A stretch of 64,000 nt of DNA from contig NC_043021.1 in assembly GCF_006345805.1 (NCBI RefSeq), positions 27,404,001 to 27,468,000 of the forward strand, read 5' to 3'. The notes beneath the pieces are model-generated. The model made no database searches and was not told where the DNA came from. It saw only the letters and a list, made by a program, of their open reading frames with translations. This DNA is from Octopus sinensis. Lineage: Eukaryota. The position numbers and the translations under genes were made by a program. The number at the start of each line of letters is the position of its first letter. Positions within the stretch are counted from its first letter, which is position 1. Shown piece after piece: positions 1 through 12,415 of this stretch.

Positions 1-244
1 ACTGATATATGAAAAATATATGGCTTGTGTTGTATATACCAGCGATTATAATTATTTTTTTTATTTTATCGCAATTTGATTTGTTTACATATTTCTCGAT
101 AAATTATGAGCGCCAGGCGATATACCAGAATTCCTAGTGTTGTCGGGACGTTCGGGTCTCTGCGCTGAGTGATATGATTAGTTAGGGAGAGTAATTCATT
201 AGACGCACATGCTTCTAGTGAGTTAGGATCCCAGAAAAACAGGG

Positions 245-3200
245 TCTCACTGAAGAATTCTCCCTGGGCAAATAAATTATCTTATTGCTGAAAAGAAAGA
301 AACTGCAGTCTGAGAATTACCGGTTTAGTAAATGTTTTTATCTTCATTTCACTTAATTTATCAAGCTTCTGTATTCCTAGCACATATTTCGCCTTAATGT
401 ACTGATATATGAAAAATATATGGCTTGTGTTAGTAATACCAGCCAGCGATTATAATTATTTTTATTTTATCATCGCATTTGATTTGTTTACATATTTCTC
501 GATAAATTATGAGCGCCAGGCGATATACCAGAATTCCCTAGTGTTGTCGGACGTTCGGAGTCTGCGCAGTGATATGATTAGTTAGGAGAGTAATTCATTA
601 GACGCACATGCTTCTAGTGAGTTAGGATCCCAGAAAAACAGGGTCTCACTGAAGAATTCTCCCTGGGCAAATAAATTATCTTTATTGCTGAAAAGAAAGA
701 AACTGCAGTCTGAGAATTACCGGTTTAGTAAATGTTTTTATCTCTTCATTTCACTTAATTTATCAAGCTTCTGTATTCCTAGCACATATTTCGCCTTAAT
801 GTACTGATATATGAAAAATATATGGCTTGTTTTAGTATACCCAGCGATTATAATTATTTTTATTTTATCGCAATTTGATTTGTTTACATATTTCTCGATA
901 AATTAATGAGCGCCAGCGATATACCAGAATTCCCTAGTGTTGTCGGACGTTCGGAGTCTGCGCAGTGATATGATTAGTTAGGGAGAGTAATTCATTAGAC
1001 GCACATGCTTCTAGTGAGTTAGGATCCCAGAAAAACAGGGTCTCACTGAAGAATTCTCCCTGGGCAAATAAATTATCTTTATTGCTGAAAAGAAAGAAAC
1101 TGCAGTCTGAGAATTACGGTTTAGTAAATGTTTTTATCTTCATTTCACTTAATTTATCAAGCTTCTGTATTCCTAGCACACATATTTCGCCTTAATGTAC
1201 TGATATATATGAAAAATATATGGCTTGTGTTAGTAATACCAGCGATTATTATTTTTTTTATTTTATCGCAATTTGATTTGTTTACATATTTCTCGATAAA
1301 TTAAGAGCGCCAGGCGATATACCAGAATTCCCTAGTGTTGTCGGGACGTTCGGAGTCTGCGCAGTGATATGATAGTTAGGGAGAGTATTCATTAGACGCA
1401 CATGCTTCTAGTGAGTTAGGATCCCAGAAAAACAGGGTCTCACTGAAGAATTCTCCCTGGGCAAATAAATTATCTTTATTGCTGAAAAGAAAGAACTGCA
1501 GTCTGAGAATTACCGGTTTAGTAAATGTTTTTATCTTCATTTCACTTAATTTATCAAGCTTCTGTATTCCTAGCACATATTTCGCCTTAATGTACTGATA
1601 TATGAAAAATATATGGCTTGTGTTAGTAATACCAGCGATTATAATTATTTTTATTTTATCGCAATTTGATTTGTTTACATATTTCTCGATAAATTATGAG
1701 CGCCAGGCGATATACCAGAATTCCCTAGTGTTGTCGGGACGTTCGGAGTCTGCGCAGTGATATGATTAGTTAGGGAGAGTAATTCATTAGACGCACATGC
1801 TTCTAGTGAGTTAGGATCCCAGAAAAACAGGGTCTCACTGAAGAATTCTCCCTGGGCAAATAAATTATCTTTATTGCTGAAAAGAAAGAAACTGCAGTCT
1901 GAGAATTACCGGTTTAGTAAATGTTTTTATCTTCATTTCACTTAATTTATCAAGCTTCTGTATTCCTAGCACATATTTCGCCTTAATGTACTGATATATG
2001 AAAAATATATGCTTGTGTTAGTAATACCAGCGATTATATTATTTTTTATTTTATCGCAATTTGATTTGTTTACATATTTCTCGATAAATTATGAGCGCCA
2101 GGCGATATACCAGAATTCCCTAGTGTTGTCGGGACGTGAGTCTGCGCAGTGAGATTATTGGAGTTTCTTAGACGCACAGCTTCATCATTAGACATTTAGT
2201 GAGTTTCCCACAGGTCTCACTGAAGAATTCTCCCTGGGCAAATTATCTTTATTGCTGAAAAGAAAGAAACTGCAGTCTGAGAATTACCGGTTTAGTAAAT
2301 GTTTTTATCTTCATTTCACTTAATTTATCAAGCTTCTGTATTCCTAGCACATATTTCGCCTTAATGTACTGATATATGAAAAATATATGGCTTGTGTTAG
2401 TAATACCAGCGATTATAATTATTTTTATTTTATCGCAATTTGATTTGTTTACATATTTCTCGATAAATTAAGAGCGCCAGGCGATATACCAGAATTCCCT
2501 AGTGTTGTCGGGACGTTCGGAGTCTGCGCAGTGATATGATTAGTTAGGGAGAGTAATTCATTAGACGCACATGCTTCTAGTTAGTTAGGATCCCAGAAAA
2601 ACAGGGTCTCACTGAAGAATTCTCCCTGGGCATATAAATTATCTTTATTGCTGAAAAGAAAGAAACTGCAGTCTGAGAATTACCGGTTTAGTAAATGTTT
2701 TTATCTTCATTTCACTTAATTTATCAAGCTTCTGTATTCCTAGCACATATTTCGCCTTAATGTACTGATATATGAAAAATATATGGCTTGTGTTAGTAAT
2801 ACCAGCGATTATAATTATTTTTATTTTATCGCGATTTGATTTGTTTACATATTTCTCGATAAATTATGAGCGCCAGGCGATATACCAGAATTCCCTAGTG
2901 TTGTCGGGACGTTCGGAGTCTGCGCAGTGATATGATTAGTTAGGGAGAGTAATTCATTAGACGCACATGCTTCTAGTGAGTTAGGATCCCAGAAAAACAG
3001 GTCTCACTGAAGAATTCTCCCTGGGCAAATAAATTATCTTTATTGCTGAAAAGAAAGAAACTGCAGTCTGAGAATTACCGGTTTAGTAAATGTTTTTATC
3101 TTCATTTCACTTAATTTATCAAGCTTCTGTATTCCTAGCACATATTTCGCCTTAATGTACTGATATATGAAAAATATATGGCTTGTGTTAGTAATACCAG

Positions 3201-4655
3201 CGATTATAATTATTTTTTTTATTTTATCGCAATTTGATTTGTTTACATATTTCTCGATAAATTATGAGCGCCAGGCGATATACCAGAATTCCCTATGTGT
3301 TGTCGGGACGTTCGGAGTCTGCGCAGTGATATGATTAGTTAGGGAGAGTAATTCATTAGACGCACATGCTTCTAGTGAGTTAGGATCCCAGAAAAACAGG
3401 GTCTCACTGAAGAATTCTCCCTGGGCAAATAAATTATCTTTATTGCTGAAAAGAAAGAAACTGCAGTCTGAGAATTACCGGTTTAGTAAATGTTTTTATC
3501 TTCATTTCACTTAATTTATCAAGCTTCTGTATTCCTAGCACATATTTCGCCTTAATGTACTGATATATGAAAAATATATGGCTTGTGTTAGTAATACCAG
3601 CGATTATAATTATTTTTATTTTATCGCAATTTGATTTGTTTACATATTTCTCGATAAATTATGAGCGCCAGGCGATATACCAGAATTCCCTAGTGTGTCG
3701 GGACGTTCGGAGTCTGCGCAGTGATATGATTAGTTAGGGAGAGTAATTCATTAGACGCACATGCTTCTAGTGAGTTAGGATCCCAGAAAAACAGGGTCTC
3801 ACTGAAGAATTCTCCCTGGGCAAATAAATTATCTTTATTGCTGAAAAGAAAGAAACTGCAGTCTGAGAATTACCGGTTTAGTAAATGTTTTTTTATTTCA
3901 TTTCACTTAATTTATCAAGCTTCTGTATTCCTAGCACATATTCGCCTTAATGTACTGATATATGAAAAATATATGGCTTGTGTTAGTAATACCAGCGATT
4001 ATAATTATTTTTATTTTATCGCAATTTGATTTGTTTACATATTTCTCGATAAATTATGAGCGCCAGGCGATATACCAGAATTCCCTAGTGTTGTCGGGAC
4101 GTTCGGAGTCTGCGCAGTGATATGATTAGTTAGGGAGAGTAATTCATTAGACGCACATGCTTCTAGTGAGTTAGGATCCCAGAAAAACGGTCTCACTGAA
4201 GATTCTCCCTGGGCAAATAATTATCTTTATTGCTGAAAAGAAAGAAACTGCAGTCTGAGAATTACCGGTTTAGTAAATGTTTTTATCTTCATTTCACTTA
4301 ATTTATCAAGCTTCTGTATTCCTAGCACATATTTCGCCTTAATGTACTGATATATGAAAAATATATGGCTTGTGTTAGTAATACCAGCGATTATAATTAT
4401 TTTATTTTATCGCAATTTGATTTGTTTACATATTTCTCGATAAATTATGAGCGCCAGGCGATATACCAGAATTCCCTAGTGTTGTCGGGACGTTCGGAGT
4501 CTGCGCAGTGATATGATTAGTTAGGGAGAGTAATTCATTAGACGCACATGCTTCTAGTGAGTTAGGATCCCAGAAAAACAGGGTCTCACTGAAGAATTCT
4601 CCCTGGGCAAATAAATTATCTTTATTGCTGAAAAGAAAGAAACTGCAGTCTGAGA
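245..4655 (+). ncRNA. 12 tandem type I hammerhead ribozyme motifs, one per satellite unit (retrozyme-like)
   Basis: Each unit reads tctca-CTGAAGA-[long stem II]-GAAA-CTGCAG-TC-tgaga. Predicted GUC cleavage falls after 310, 710, 1107, 1503, 1899, 2277, 2673, 3068, 3468, 3863, 4255 and 4650. Unit 4 reads GAAC instead of GAAAC. Confidence 0.85.
1833..1904 (+). ncRNA. Representative hammerhead motif (unit 5)
   Basis: Stem I TCTCA/TGAGA; core CTGAAGA; stem II TTCT/AGAA plus an inner GCA(A)ATAAA/TTTATTGC hairpin; GAAA; self-complementary helix III ACTGCAGT; cleavage triplet GTC. Confidence 0.85.
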
Positions 4656-4822
4656 ATTACCGGTTTAGTAAATGTTTTTATCTTCATTTCACTTAATTTA
4701 TCAAGCTTCTGTATTCCTAGCACATTTTCGCCTTAATGTACTGATATATGAAAAATATATGGCTTGTGTTAGTAATACCAGCGATTATAATTATTTTTAT
4801 TTTATCGCAATTTGATTTGTTT

Positions 4823-4831
4823 ATATATATA

Positions 4832-4884
<53 letters not shown>

Positions 4885-4900
4885 TGTATATATATATAAT
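4823..4900. repeat. (TA)n microsatellite bounding the satellite array
   Basis: Direct reading of the sequence. Confidence 0.95.
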
Positions 4901-5085
4901 ACAAAGATGGGACAAGAACGCAAAACATCAAGACAGACAATACAAAGAAAACAAAGACGGGTCATTCGGAGTTTTCTTTCCTCAGTTGAGTTCCAGATTA
5001 TCTTTGCTATTTCAGTTGGTTATACTTGAGTTTGCTCCAATCTGGCCAGCCCCAAAGAAAGACTAAGCTAAGAGCATTAGATTCC
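4900..5085 (-). mobile_element. Degenerate Penelope-type pLTR remnant (homologous to 23900-24335)
   Basis: Shares gggacaagaacg..aaaacat and ggccagcccca..gaaa.actaagct..gagcatta with the 23.9-kb copy. The minus strand has a decayed CTGAGGA...CGAA motif. Confidence 0.55.
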
Positions 5086-5604
5086 TTATATACACACATA
5101 TACATATATACATATAGGCATACATACACACACGCACACACACACACACACACACATATATACACATGTAAATATAGGTATACATATATACACACATATA
5201 GATAAATACACATATATAACAATTTATTGTAGCTTAGAAACTCAGCATGAAAACGATATGAATTATGAATAAACTTTTCTATAATTAATTAATTAATTAG
5301 CTTATGTCATAACAACCACATAGCGCAATATAATCTATTTAAAAGGTGTTCTTTAAATAACTGTTGCATATATGTTTACCATGATGGGTCTGTTATGATG
5401 GCTATAAACGTATGTCTATTATTTTTTACTTGCTCCTCTCATTAGACTGCAGTCGAGCTGGGAAACGTCCTTGAAGAATTTTTAGTCTGAGGAATCGACA
5501 TCAAGACATATTTTGTAAAGCTGGCACTTACATAATCGATTCCTTTTGCTGAACTACTAAGTTACCGAAACGTAACCTAATCAACAAACACAAGCACACA
5601 CCAC

Positions 5605-6915
5605 ATTTCTCGACATTTCTGTCAACATGCACTACTCCGCTCTCACCACATCCATCCACTACAGACACACCGACTCACACTTCTACCTTAACTTCTCCTC
5701 CTCCCACCCCAAACACACCAAGCTCTCCATCCCCTACTCCCAATTCCTCCGTCTTGCCACTTCATCCTTTTTGGATATCCCCAGACCACTATTCACACAG
5801 CCTTTGCCAGAGCTTGTTCCGTGGACCGTGTCTCTGCTGTCTTTGCCTGCACCCACCCGCCGTTGCTCGTCTCACGATTCTCCTTACCTACTACCCCCCA
5901 GCCCACCATTCTCCGGGCCTTCCGGCGACTCCAGTATGACCCCTCCACGTCGCACATCTTCCCCAACCTACTTCTCCTTCAACATGCGTGACCTCCTGGT
6001 CCACAGTTTCTTCCCTAACCTCACATCCCTATCTGGCTCGTTCCCCAGCTCCCACCCACACTACTGCACTTGCCTCTACCTCTCCAACACCACTATCCTC
6101 ACAGGCACCTATCATTGTCCCTACCATATCATCCTTTACCTGCACTTCTATCAACGTCATTTGCTGCATCTCCTGCTCTTTCTGGCCTTCTCTACTGGTC
6201 ATTCACTACAGCACCTATCTGTTTGTGCAGAGGGGCCATTCGGACTCCCGTCATCGCCGTGAACAGGAATTAATGTTCTCTCTTCGCTCCTTTGCTCCAC
6301 ATGGGTTCAACTCTCCACATCTCTTCATCTGACACCTACTTCCTTTCTTCACTTCTAACCACCTTCACTCTTCATTGACACCACCTCCATACCCACCCTA
6401 CCCTCATACCTCCATCTCCACGTCACACTCACACTACACCACACACCACATCTCACCACCACACACCAATCCACATACCACATACCACTGACCACTTCCC
6501 ACACCATACACTATCATCCACACACCCACACACCCACACATTACAGTTACACACGCACATATCCACACAAGTCAGTCACTAGTCCCTATCCACACACACA
6601 CACACATTCTGACATACACACACACGCACGCGCACCTTCGCTTTGGGATCACCTATACTTTATTATCTCCCCTTCATTCAACTTCTCCTGTCGAATCTTT
6701 TTCTCAACTAGTCGCCATGCTTGACCCCTAAATTCACATGTTTTATTTATTCACTCTCTGTTTATTTTCTCTTATTCCTTTCTATTGAGGAGCACAGGCT
6801 CGAAACGTAAAAGACTTTCTCGCTCTCTCGAGCGTCAGGCTAATACACTTACTTGTTGTTCACACACATGCCTTCGTCTTTTGTTTTTCTGTAAATTTAA
6901 ACTATATAATATATA
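5605..6915 (+). mobile_element. 5'-truncated, frameshifted Penelope-like element (RT thumb, GIY-YIG endonuclease, 3' pLTR)
   Basis: FLDISV...HTDSHFYLNFSSSHPKHTKLSIPYSQFLRL, then FTCTSINVICCISC and REQELMFSLRSFAPHGFNS. The 3' end carries the gctcgaaacgtaaaag pLTR motif. Confidence 0.9.
6778..6813 (+). ncRNA. Minimal hammerhead-like motif in the pLTR (decayed core)
   Basis: cttt-CTATTGA-G-GAGC-acag-GCTC-GAAAC-GTA-aaag; G5 is mutated to A. Confidence 0.55.
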
Positions 6916-7062
6916 TGCGACGGGTCTCGTCTGCCAAATCACTTTACAAGACTTTGGTCGGCACAATAGAAGACACCTGCCCAAGGTGCCACGCAGCGGG
7001 ACTGAACCCAGAACCATCTGATTAGGAAGTAGACTTCTTACCGCACGTCAACACCTGCGTCT
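6915..7062 (-). mobile_element. tRNA-derived SINE, family B (CORE-like centre), head fragment
   Basis: Reverse complement contains gggttcagtcccgctgcgtggcaccttgggcaggtgtcttc. There are many other copies in the window. Confidence 0.8.
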
Positions 7063-7618
7063 ATAAAAACATTTGTAATATTATTATTTATATAAACCCT
7101 TTTAAATACGATATACTCTTATATATACATGAGGCTTCCCAGTCACATGGTAAGAAGCTTACTTCCAAATCACATGGCTTCGGGTTCACTCCCATTGTGT
7201 GGCACCTTAGGCAAGTCTCCTCTACTATAGCCTGGCGTGACCAGTGCCTTGACAGTGGGTATTTGTAGATGGAAACCGCGAAAGAAGCCTGTCAACGCGG
7301 AGTAGATGAAACAGGGACAACTGATGAAGGGGAATATTCCTTGTGTTGCATCTCTCATTTCTCTGTTTTTTTCGTTGTCCGAAAAAATACTTCGTTTCTG
7401 TTTTTGTTTTTATGTTTTCGTTTCCTATTGTGTTCAACATTTTTTTGATGTCCTGTACCTATATATGCATGTATATATACATATAATAGAAGGTTTGGAG
7501 ATGATGTAGGTATGTACATATATGTATGTATATATGTATATATATATGCATATATATATTTATATATTATTTATATTATTATATGATCGAACGCCACGCA
7601 TCCTTTTCCAAGTAAGTT

Positions 7619-7710
<92 letters not shown>

Positions 7711-7736
7711 ATCTATCTATCTATCTATCTATCTAT
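7619..7736. repeat. (ATCT)n microsatellite
   Basis: Direct reading. Similar tracts occur at ~12974-13065 and ~45428-45515. Confidence 0.95.
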
Positions 7737-8027
7737 ATATGTATATATCTGCCTGTGTGTCTTTATACTTGTGTTTGTCTCCCATCACCGTTTGACAACC
7801 GGTGTTGGTGTGCTTATGTCCCCGTAAGCTAGCGGTTTGGCAAAAAGAGAACGATTGAATAAGTACTAGGCTTCAGAAATAAGTCCTTAGGTCGATTTGT
7901 TCGATTCCCCCCTCCAAGGCAGTGTTCAAGCATGGCCGCAGTCAAATGACTGTAAGAAGTAAAAGTATAAACGAATATATTCACTTATGTGTGTGTGCGT
8001 GTGTGTGGGCGTGTTTGTTTTTGTGCT

Positions 8028-8060
<33 letters not shown>

Positions 8061-8277
8061 CTATGTGTATGTATGCATATAAACATGTACGTGTGTGCGC
8101 GTATGAATGCGTGTGTATGTATGAGTGTGTGTGTGTGAATAAAACAAAAAATACAATAAAAACAGAAATTAGAATTAAAACATTCAAAAATAATAAAACA
8201 AACAGAATAAAGATTATATAAATAACAGAAATTGAATGAAATAAAATGTTTTGTTTTGTAAATTCTCACTATGTATG

Positions 8278-8356
<79 letters not shown>

Positions 8357-8361
<5 letters not shown>

Positions 8362-8788
8362 TTCTGGGTATTGACCCGTCATCAGCGCACGACAATCACC
8401 GGTTTTCGATGAAAGGGGTCCCAATGCAAATACATATATCCTTTTTCCAGTGACTTTTCGTCACTGATCTTGAAAAAGTATATACAGGCTTTAATAAATC
8501 TCTGAACGAAGTATAGACAGTAACTGCGCGACAATGTGAAGTATGGCGGGTCAATATCCAGAAACTCGAGTCCGTGCGTATCACGTAGGTTGACGATTGG
8601 AAGGATGGCTTCCCTTTGCAAATATCGATAGAGCATAGAAAGTGTGTCAGTAGCCAGCTGGAGAAGATGTTCTCCTGGGGTTACAAGCTACAGTAACATC
8701 CACCCTTCGTGGTTAGCCATATTTAGATGGCAAATATACTTCACATTGTCGTGCAGTTAATGTCTTTACCTCATTCAGAGATTTATTA
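8357..8788. mobile_element. Nested inverted-repeat element with split hammerhead motifs (Penelope-type end)
   Basis: One inverted repeat at 8359-8380/8544-8567 and a second at 8493-8545/8736-8788. The minus strand has CTGATGA-CGGG-tcaata-CCCA-GAAAC; the plus strand has CGGG-tcaata-TCCA-GAAA-CTCGAG-TC-cgtgcg. Confidence 0.65.
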
Positions 8789-8791
8789 TTG

Positions 8792-8918
<127 letters not shown>

Positions 8919-9867
8919 TATATATATCTATAACTATATCTATATATATATAATATATATGTATATATATTTATATCTGTATATGTACATATAATTGTAT
9001 GTATGTGTCTATATATACATATATATGTATTTGTGTGTGTATATGTATGTATATTTGTGTTTGGGTGTATTTGTATATGTATATATGCTTGCATACACAC
9101 ACGAACACACACACCTGTACATATATACATATACGTATGTATACACACATGAATATATATCACGTTTGATTCAACTATGCCGTATTAGAATTCAGTTGAG
9201 CTAATTAACCCCTTCGTGACTATAGTTCTAAATATATTATCTTTACATTTTAATTAGTTTTCAAAATAATCCAAAATATGCAAGTTTTAAATGAAAGAGT
9301 TTCCTTTTTAAAAAAATATTTTGAATATAACTTAGCAAAATTGGCTTTCATAAAGTTGTAACGAGGTGTATATTGATATAAAATATGTGAGGTATATTAA
9401 ATTTAAAATGAGAGTTTTTGATATTTTCAGATAACAAGCCTGGTCTTGTGCTACGGTTTGAAACTGATAATGTGGAACTAAAGGTTTATATTTCAACTCC
9501 TTCCATATGTTTCTTGGCCAGAGGAAACTTTAGGCGGTATTTATTTTTTTTTTAAATTTTGTTATGGCACTACAGCGGTGACGACGATGAGGGTTTCGGT
9601 TGACAAGATCAACGGAACAGGCTGTTTGTGAAATTAGCCTGCAAGTTGGTGGGTACTTCATAGACACATGTACCGTTAATGCAGTTCTCGGGGAGTTTCA
9701 GGATGTGATAAGACTGGCCCTTTGAAATACAGGTACTACTCGTTTTTGCAAGATGAGCAGCCTTAAAGAAGGTGAAATAAACTGATTTACTCAAACACAT
9801 AATACACCGCTGAGAATCGAACTCATGCTCTTACGATTGCCCTAATTTTAAGCCACACGCTTTCACT

Positions 9868-10170
9868 TTGTTATGTTGTTTGTTCCTTCTCAAGCCATGC
9901 TCGGCTCATAGGCCCAGTTTCCCGGTTTCCTTGGCGTATAGGTTCCCCACCTGGATGGCACGCCGGTCCGTCGCAGGTGAGCTGCAAGATGCAGGAGGAA
10001 AGAGTGAGAGAAAGTTGTGGCGAAAGAGTCAGCAGAAGTTCGCCATTACCTTCTGCCGGAGCCGCGTGGAGCTAAGGTGTTTTCGCTCATAAACACACAC
10101 ATCACCCTGTCTGAGATTCGAACTCGCGATCCCATGACCGCGAGTCCGCTGCTCTAACCACTAAGCCATG
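9868..10170 (-). mobile_element. tRNA-derived SINE, family C
   Basis: Minus-strand head tggcttagtggttagagcagcggactcgcggtc...gttcgaatc, with a tail shared with the 15.4, 20.6, 21.3 and 48.8 kb copies. Confidence 0.8.
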
Positions 10171-10239
10171 TATCTCCTACTTTGTTATGTAATATTGTTA
10201 TATTAGTATCGCATTTTGGTACAAGGATTGAAATTATCG

Positions 10240-10412
10240 TGGGAGGGTTAAGTCGATTACATCAACTCCAGTACTCAACCGGTACTTATTTTTCTAACCT
10301 CGAATGAATGAAGATGGAAGTCGACGGAGTACGAACTCAGAACGTGTAAACGGACAAAATGCCGTTCAGCTTTTTGCCTTGTGTGCTAACCATTCTGCCA
10401 GCTCGCTGCCTT
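10240..10412 (-). mobile_element. tRNA-derived SINE, family A (Meta-domain-like core), decayed
   Basis: Homologous to 33809-34042. Confidence 0.7.
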
Positions 10413-11889
10413 TAAGTTGTTATATTATATTTTGTGGTGCATTGTTGTGTTATATTATGTTTTTATATTACGAGTCCAGAGGTAATGGTGGGTGGTATTG
10501 TATTGAAAGATTTCAGGTTCATTCCATATGCTTCTTAAACACATTTAGTTTCATATGACATTTTAATATGTTTGCTTTGCAACTAAATGACTTCGGGGAT
10601 TCTGTTTTTGCGTTGTAGGCTCAACACGTCACTTGTTCAACATTGACATACCAAATCCTTGTGTGTCTTTAATGAACACGATCTGCTACAACCAATCGGG
10701 CCTGGCTTTTGATCTGGTCACTGAAGACAACTTCTACTTCCACTAGTTTAAGGGGTATTGGAATACATTTATGGTGCTACGGTGGCCAAACTTTCTCTTC
10801 TGAATAAGTCATTAAGAGAAGAAAAAAATACATTTGTGTTCTGATTTAGGCACAAGGCCAACAATTTTGAGATAAGGGGTTATTCCATACTATCGACCTC
10901 AGTGATGGACTTGAAACTCATTTTATTGGCCCTGTTGCGATGAAAAGAGAAGTTGTTCTCAAGGTATTTAGTACAACACTTAGCACCTGTCGACAATTAT
11001 CCGCCTCTAATATTGATTTCAAATTCTGACACAAGGTCAGCAAGATTTTTGGTTGGGAGAGTGTGAGCCAATTACATCGACTCCAGTCCTCAACTGGTAA
11101 TTACTTATCGACCGACCCCGAAAGGATGAAAGGCAAAATCGACCTCAGAGGAATTTTAACTCAAAACATAAAGAGGGGCGAAATGCCGCTAAGCATCTCG
11201 GATAATCAAGAAATCGCGGTTTCTTTTTCCGTTTTCCTTCTCCAATCTGACAAATCTATTCGGCGATGCGAAGAATAATGCTCTTCCTGTTCTGAGTAAG
11301 TTTAATCCCAAATGCTACTCGCTAGTATGCTTTGGTAGACTGTGTCAGGTTTACATAGACAAAAGTATAATCACTCCGTAGGCCCTCGCATTCTTGATCC
11401 AGTGGAACAGGCAGGATATAACAGCTGGAGGAGCAACGGAGTTGTGTCAGCAATCGTTTGATGCATATTTTCAACCGAATTGACCGGATCAAAGCGGAAT
11501 GTGAAATGATGCGTCACGTTGAAGGACACAGCATCCAGCAGCTCCGTTTGGAAATCGAACACACGTCCTTACGGTCGATAATGAGGCCAAAACCGACAAC
11601 CACTTGATCACATGGTTTTCATTACCTCAGCCATTGACAAAAATTTCTGGGACTGGATGTGTCTGTGTATTCCGTCTTGGACGGAATGGAATGATTGGGT
11701 GCGGCTGTTTTGGCTCGGCTGACCGGACATTGAATTTGTTTTGGGGAGGGTACTTTTTGGTACTGGATGAGAATACACACACACACACACACACACGCAC
11801 TCGCGCGCACGCACACACACATGTACACGCTGAAATATATACTCGCAGATAATGAAATTAAAAGGTGGACATCACAGTTTATCAACTGA

Positions 11890-12265
11890 ACGTGGTAGCA
11901 GAACTGTTCGCTGGATTATGGGTGACCCATTGATAAGGTTTCGTATCCAGCAAACAACTTTACTCAGAAACTGGAATGCATCCTGTTTCTTGTCTGATTC
12001 AGAAGCACCAGCTCAGGCTGTTTGGCCACGTTGCTCGATTTTTGCGAGTTAGACCCTGCTTATCGTGTTTTCTTCACCGAGGACCCGGATGGGTTGAGGC
12101 CCATGCTGGTCGACGGCATGGTCATGGCAGATGAGGTGTTTTCTCACAGAGATGGGGACTGACAGAGACTCTAGTCGACGGGTCGCCCAGGGAACCCGGG
12201 AATATTTCAACAATTGGTGAATGCGGTAACGAGTTGCAACGGTGCATGCCCCCCCCCCACATCTT
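11890..12265 (+). mobile_element. RTE-clade LINE 3' fragment (degenerate)
   Basis: Translates across frames as VSSKQLYSETGMHPVSCLIQKHQLRLFGHVARFCELDPAYRVF, matching the QLRLxGHVAR C-terminal motif of RTE ORFs. Confidence 0.75.
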
Positions 12266-12359
12266 ACTTGATTGACATAAACGCTTTCCCTCTGCTCATA
12301 GACATGGAGAGAAATATGCTTGCTCGCATAAGCACACAAAGAAAGCTAGAGAGAGAGAG

Positions 12360-12415
<56 letters not shown>

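Larger units (their letters stand above)
1..4823 (+). repeat. Tandem satellite of ~396-bp units (12 units plus a partial), starting before the window edge
   Basis: The motif actgatatatgaaaaat recurs at 1, 401, 803, 1199, 1594, 1990, 2368, 2764, 3159, 3559, 3954, 4346 and 4740. Units are near-identical apart from small indels; unit 6 has a scrambled stretch at ~2137-2213. The array ends at gatttgttta, running into (TA)n. Confidence 0.98.

Noticed and set aside
1-1200. Higher indel density in the first units (and the unit 6 scramble) as biological divergence
   Set aside because: These are mostly homopolymer indels typical of long-read consensus error; it cannot be judged without reads.
1-4823. 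Satellite as a CRISPR array or as a tRNA, 5S or snRNA gene cluster
   Set aside because: There are no unique spacers. I found no cloverleaf and no recognisable 5S or U-snRNA sequence; gttcggagtc is only a one-insertion match to a B box.
7314-7345. CTGATGA-AGGG-gaatatt-CCTT as a hammerhead
   Set aside because: The GAAA strand is missing; at most it is a decayed remnant.
9206-9490. piggyBac-like element starting TTAA-CCCC
   Set aside because: The right end matches the putative TIR poorly and there is no second TTAA.
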